Positions 61,233-64,000 of a DNA stretch of 64,000 nt are shown piece after piece (positions within the stretch are counted from its first letter, which is position 1; each line of letters starts with the position of its first letter). The stretch lies in assembly GCF_009914755.1 (NCBI RefSeq), contig NC_060925.1. The stretch is one strand, 5' to 3'. The notes beneath the pieces are model-generated. The model had not been told where the DNA came from and made no database searches. It saw nothing but the letters and a program-made list of their open reading frames with translations. The position numbers were made by a program, and so were the translations under genes. Source of the DNA: the human T2T-CHM13v2.0 reference genome, Homo sapiens.

Positions 61233-61899
61233 GTTTATAAATATTACCCATTTCTCCATGGCCAAGTGGACAAAATATCTTGGTACCAAACTGCCAAGTT
61301 TAATTGTGTCATTATTTTCTAGATATATGTGTATGGATGACACAGGGTATTGCAAAAGAAAAGGAAAATCGTACTTGAAAGCACTAGTCACATTCAATCA
61401 TTGGTATAAAGTAGACGCTTAAAGTAAACATAACATTCTTCCTACTAACACTGTTGGACTGAAACCAAATACAGATAATATACTTTGTATCACCAATATG
61501 CTATATGTGCTTTCACAGTAAAAATTATGGGGAACCAGTTGCTGCTAAACTTAACATATGTTAGATTTGAGGAATATGTTTGCAGATATAACCTTTTAAA
61601 CTCAAAATAAATATTAATTTAAAAATACAGGAAGAATTAATAACTCAAGACAAACACAAAGACCTTTTGCCCCTGTTTTATACTGTCAGTGTGTGATTTC
61701 TAAACCAACATTAGTTTGAAATTTAAATCACCAATGGTGGTTCTTTAAATTGTCTCATTTCCAAATGATTGTCATGAGCAATAAATATACAGCCAAATTT
61801 TACACTATTAGTTATTGCCTTCTATTGTTGACATCTTCATTTTATTTCCAGGATATTGTACTCTTAACTCTTTCTACTGCATTAGTTTGCTTTCTTCAC

Positions 61900-62380
61900 T
61901 GTCTCCATCTGTCTGATCTATGAATATTAGAAAGTCCAGATTTCAGCCCTTGGGCCATGTCTCTTTTTGCTCTACATTCATTTCTTCGGATACTTCCTAA
62001 GTTAGAATTGAAAGGCATGTCTTGCTCAATGTACACCAAACTAAAATTTTGATATTTACCCCAATCCTGCCATTCCACAGCTTTCCCTACCTTAGTAAAT
62101 GATAAGTTTGAGATCATACTTGACTTTTCTCTTCGCTCACATCCTGAATCCAGTCTATTGCAAAACCTATTAACTCAGATTCCAATTTATATCTTGATTT
62201 GACCATTTCTTACAACCTCCAATATTACCACACTGGAATAGTTGAACTATTGCCACATTGGAACACTTGAATATTACCACATTGGAACACTTCAATTATT
62301 TCAAAAGCCTTCAAAAACCACCCCTTTATATATTTCCAAATGGATCATCAGAATAATACTATTAAAACGTAAGTTGCACA
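61900..62380 (+). mobile_element. L2 fragment
   Basis: aggcatgtcttgctcaatgtacaccaaactaaaattttgat...cagctttccctaccttagtaaatg...atcatacttgacttttctcttcgctcacatcc. Confidence 0.7.
62221..62293. repeat. Three ~24-25-bp tandem copies
   Basis: aatattaccacactggaatagttg / aactattgccacattggaacacttg / aatattaccacattggaacacttc. Confidence 0.85.
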
Positions 62381-62499
62381 ACACTATTATTACCTTTCAA
62401 TTTGGCAATCTGTTTTGATATTATTCAGATTAAAAGTAAAATTATATAGCTTTTGCTAAAATTAATGGCTGATAAGAACCACATCTAAAAACACTTTAG

Positions 62500-62820
62500 A
62501 AACAATGAAAAAACAGAAGGCAGTGCTGAATGAAAATACTTGCCAGCCTGACACTCTATTACCAAAAAATTCTTAAAAATTAAAAATGCATTTTCAGACA
62601 AACACAGACAGAATCCATCAGTAATAAAATTTCTTTAAAGTGTTTAATCAGATAGAAGGAAAGTGAACCATGAGAAAAACGTGGAGATATAGAAAGGAAT
62701 GAAGGGCAAACATGTGGATAAATCTAAAGAAATATCAATATGAAAAAATGATCATTACTTATTTGAGAATTGAAAACATATTGCAAAATTAAAGAACATG
62801 AAAAAAACTCACAAAATGTG
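62500..62820 (+). mobile_element. Ancient L1M ORF1-end fragment
   Basis: aaaaatgcattttcagacaaacac...tcagatagaaggaaagtgaacca. Confidence 0.5.
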
Positions 62821-63182
62821 AGAGGATTAAATGAACCTAAATATTAAATGTAACAAATTTGGTTCTAAATATGTGGATGAAATTTGAATATGGCTAACCA
62901 ATATTATTTACTGTGAATTGGCAACAAATTTTCCTGAAAAAAGTTGGAAGATAAAATAAAAATATTCTGTTTATGCTGCCATATACTGTTTTTCAGAGTT
63001 CATTTGGGAAATTTAAATTTTGGCATTGAAATAAAGAAAAAACTCACAAGAATTGATAGCTGTTTTAAAATAATATGTTCACATATTTTTATTATGTTAT
63101 CCTTGCTTTTCCAAGCTATTACAAGTGTCTTTAATCAGAAATGTATTTTGTTCACACAATACTGAAAGACATACAGTAAGGT

Positions 63183-64000
63183 GTAGAATACACATTCTTC
63201 TCCTCAGCATGTAGATCATTCTCCAGGATAGACGATACTTTAGGCCACAAAATAAATCTTAAAAACTATCAAAAAATTGAAACCACATCAAGTGTCTTCT
63301 CTGACCACAATGAAATAAAACTAGAAGTCAATAACAAGGGGAACTTTGGAGACTATCAAAACACATGAAAATTAGTCAGTATGCCCCTGAATGACCAGCG
63401 GATCAATGAAAAAGTTAAGAAGAAAACTTTAAAAATTCATGAAAAAAGTGATGAAAACACAACATACCAAAACCTATGGGAAACAACTAAAGTACTACTA
63501 AGAGAAAAGCTTGTACCAGTAGGTGCCTACATCAAAAACATAGAAAACCTTCAAATAAAAACCTAACAATACATCATAAAGAATTAGAAAGGCAAGAGCA
63601 AACTAAAATTAGTAGAAGACACAAATAAATAAAATCAGAGATAAAAAGGATACATTACATCTAACAGCACAGAAATTCAAAGGGCTATTATAGACTACTA
63701 TAAGCAACTATATACCAATAAATTGGAAAATCTAGAAGAAATTGATAAATTTCTAGACACATGCAACATACCAAGATTGAACCATGAACAAATCCAAAAT
63801 CTCAATACCAGTAACAAACAATGAGATTGAAGCTTTAATAAAAAGTCTCCAAAGTTTACCAAAGAAAAGTCTAGGAACCAATGGCTTCACTGCTGAATTT
63901 TACTGAACATTTAAAGAACTAATACCAATCATACAGAAACTCTTCTGAAAAATACAGGAGGAGAATATACTTCCAAATTTATTCTACAAGGCCAGTATTA
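63183..64000 (+). mobile_element. L1M1/L1MA ORF2 fragment (EN C-terminus to Z domain), runs off the window
   Basis: gaatacacattcttctcctcagca...ctctgaccacaatgaaataaaactagaa...acaacataccaaaacctatggg...atggcttcactgctgaatt. Confidence 0.92.

Noticed and set aside
62221-62293. Repeat units of CRISPR-like length
   Set aside because: No spacers; a simple tandem repeat in eukaryotic DNA.

Overview
This is AT-rich, CpG-poor, non-coding primate genomic DNA. AluY and L1PA elements point to human or another catarrhine, and the window is intergenic or deep intronic. I find no protein-coding gene, RNA gene, CpG island or CRISPR array; the supplied ORFs are chance ORFs or decayed L1, Alu or Tigger fragments. 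More than half of the window is transposable-element fossils: a decayed ERV-L provirus (LTR16A-like LTR plus pro/RNase H/integrase remnants), many L1s (L1PA, L1PB, L1MA, L1M), about 9 Alu/FLAM copies, a full-length Tigger1, Tigger2b, MER2, MER58, MADE1, MaLR LTRs, L2, MIR and microsatellites. Subfamily names are recalled from consensus sequences and need RepeatMasker/Dfam confirmation. I do not see a novel biological system. The most interesting signals are structural. At 11.2-14.8 kb, a complex multi-template rearrangement created a ~460-bp inverted repeat with a 59-bp perfect core. There is also a probable L1 3' transduction, two L1s that keep both ends but carry large internal deletions, and several small templated-insertion or snap-back repair scars.
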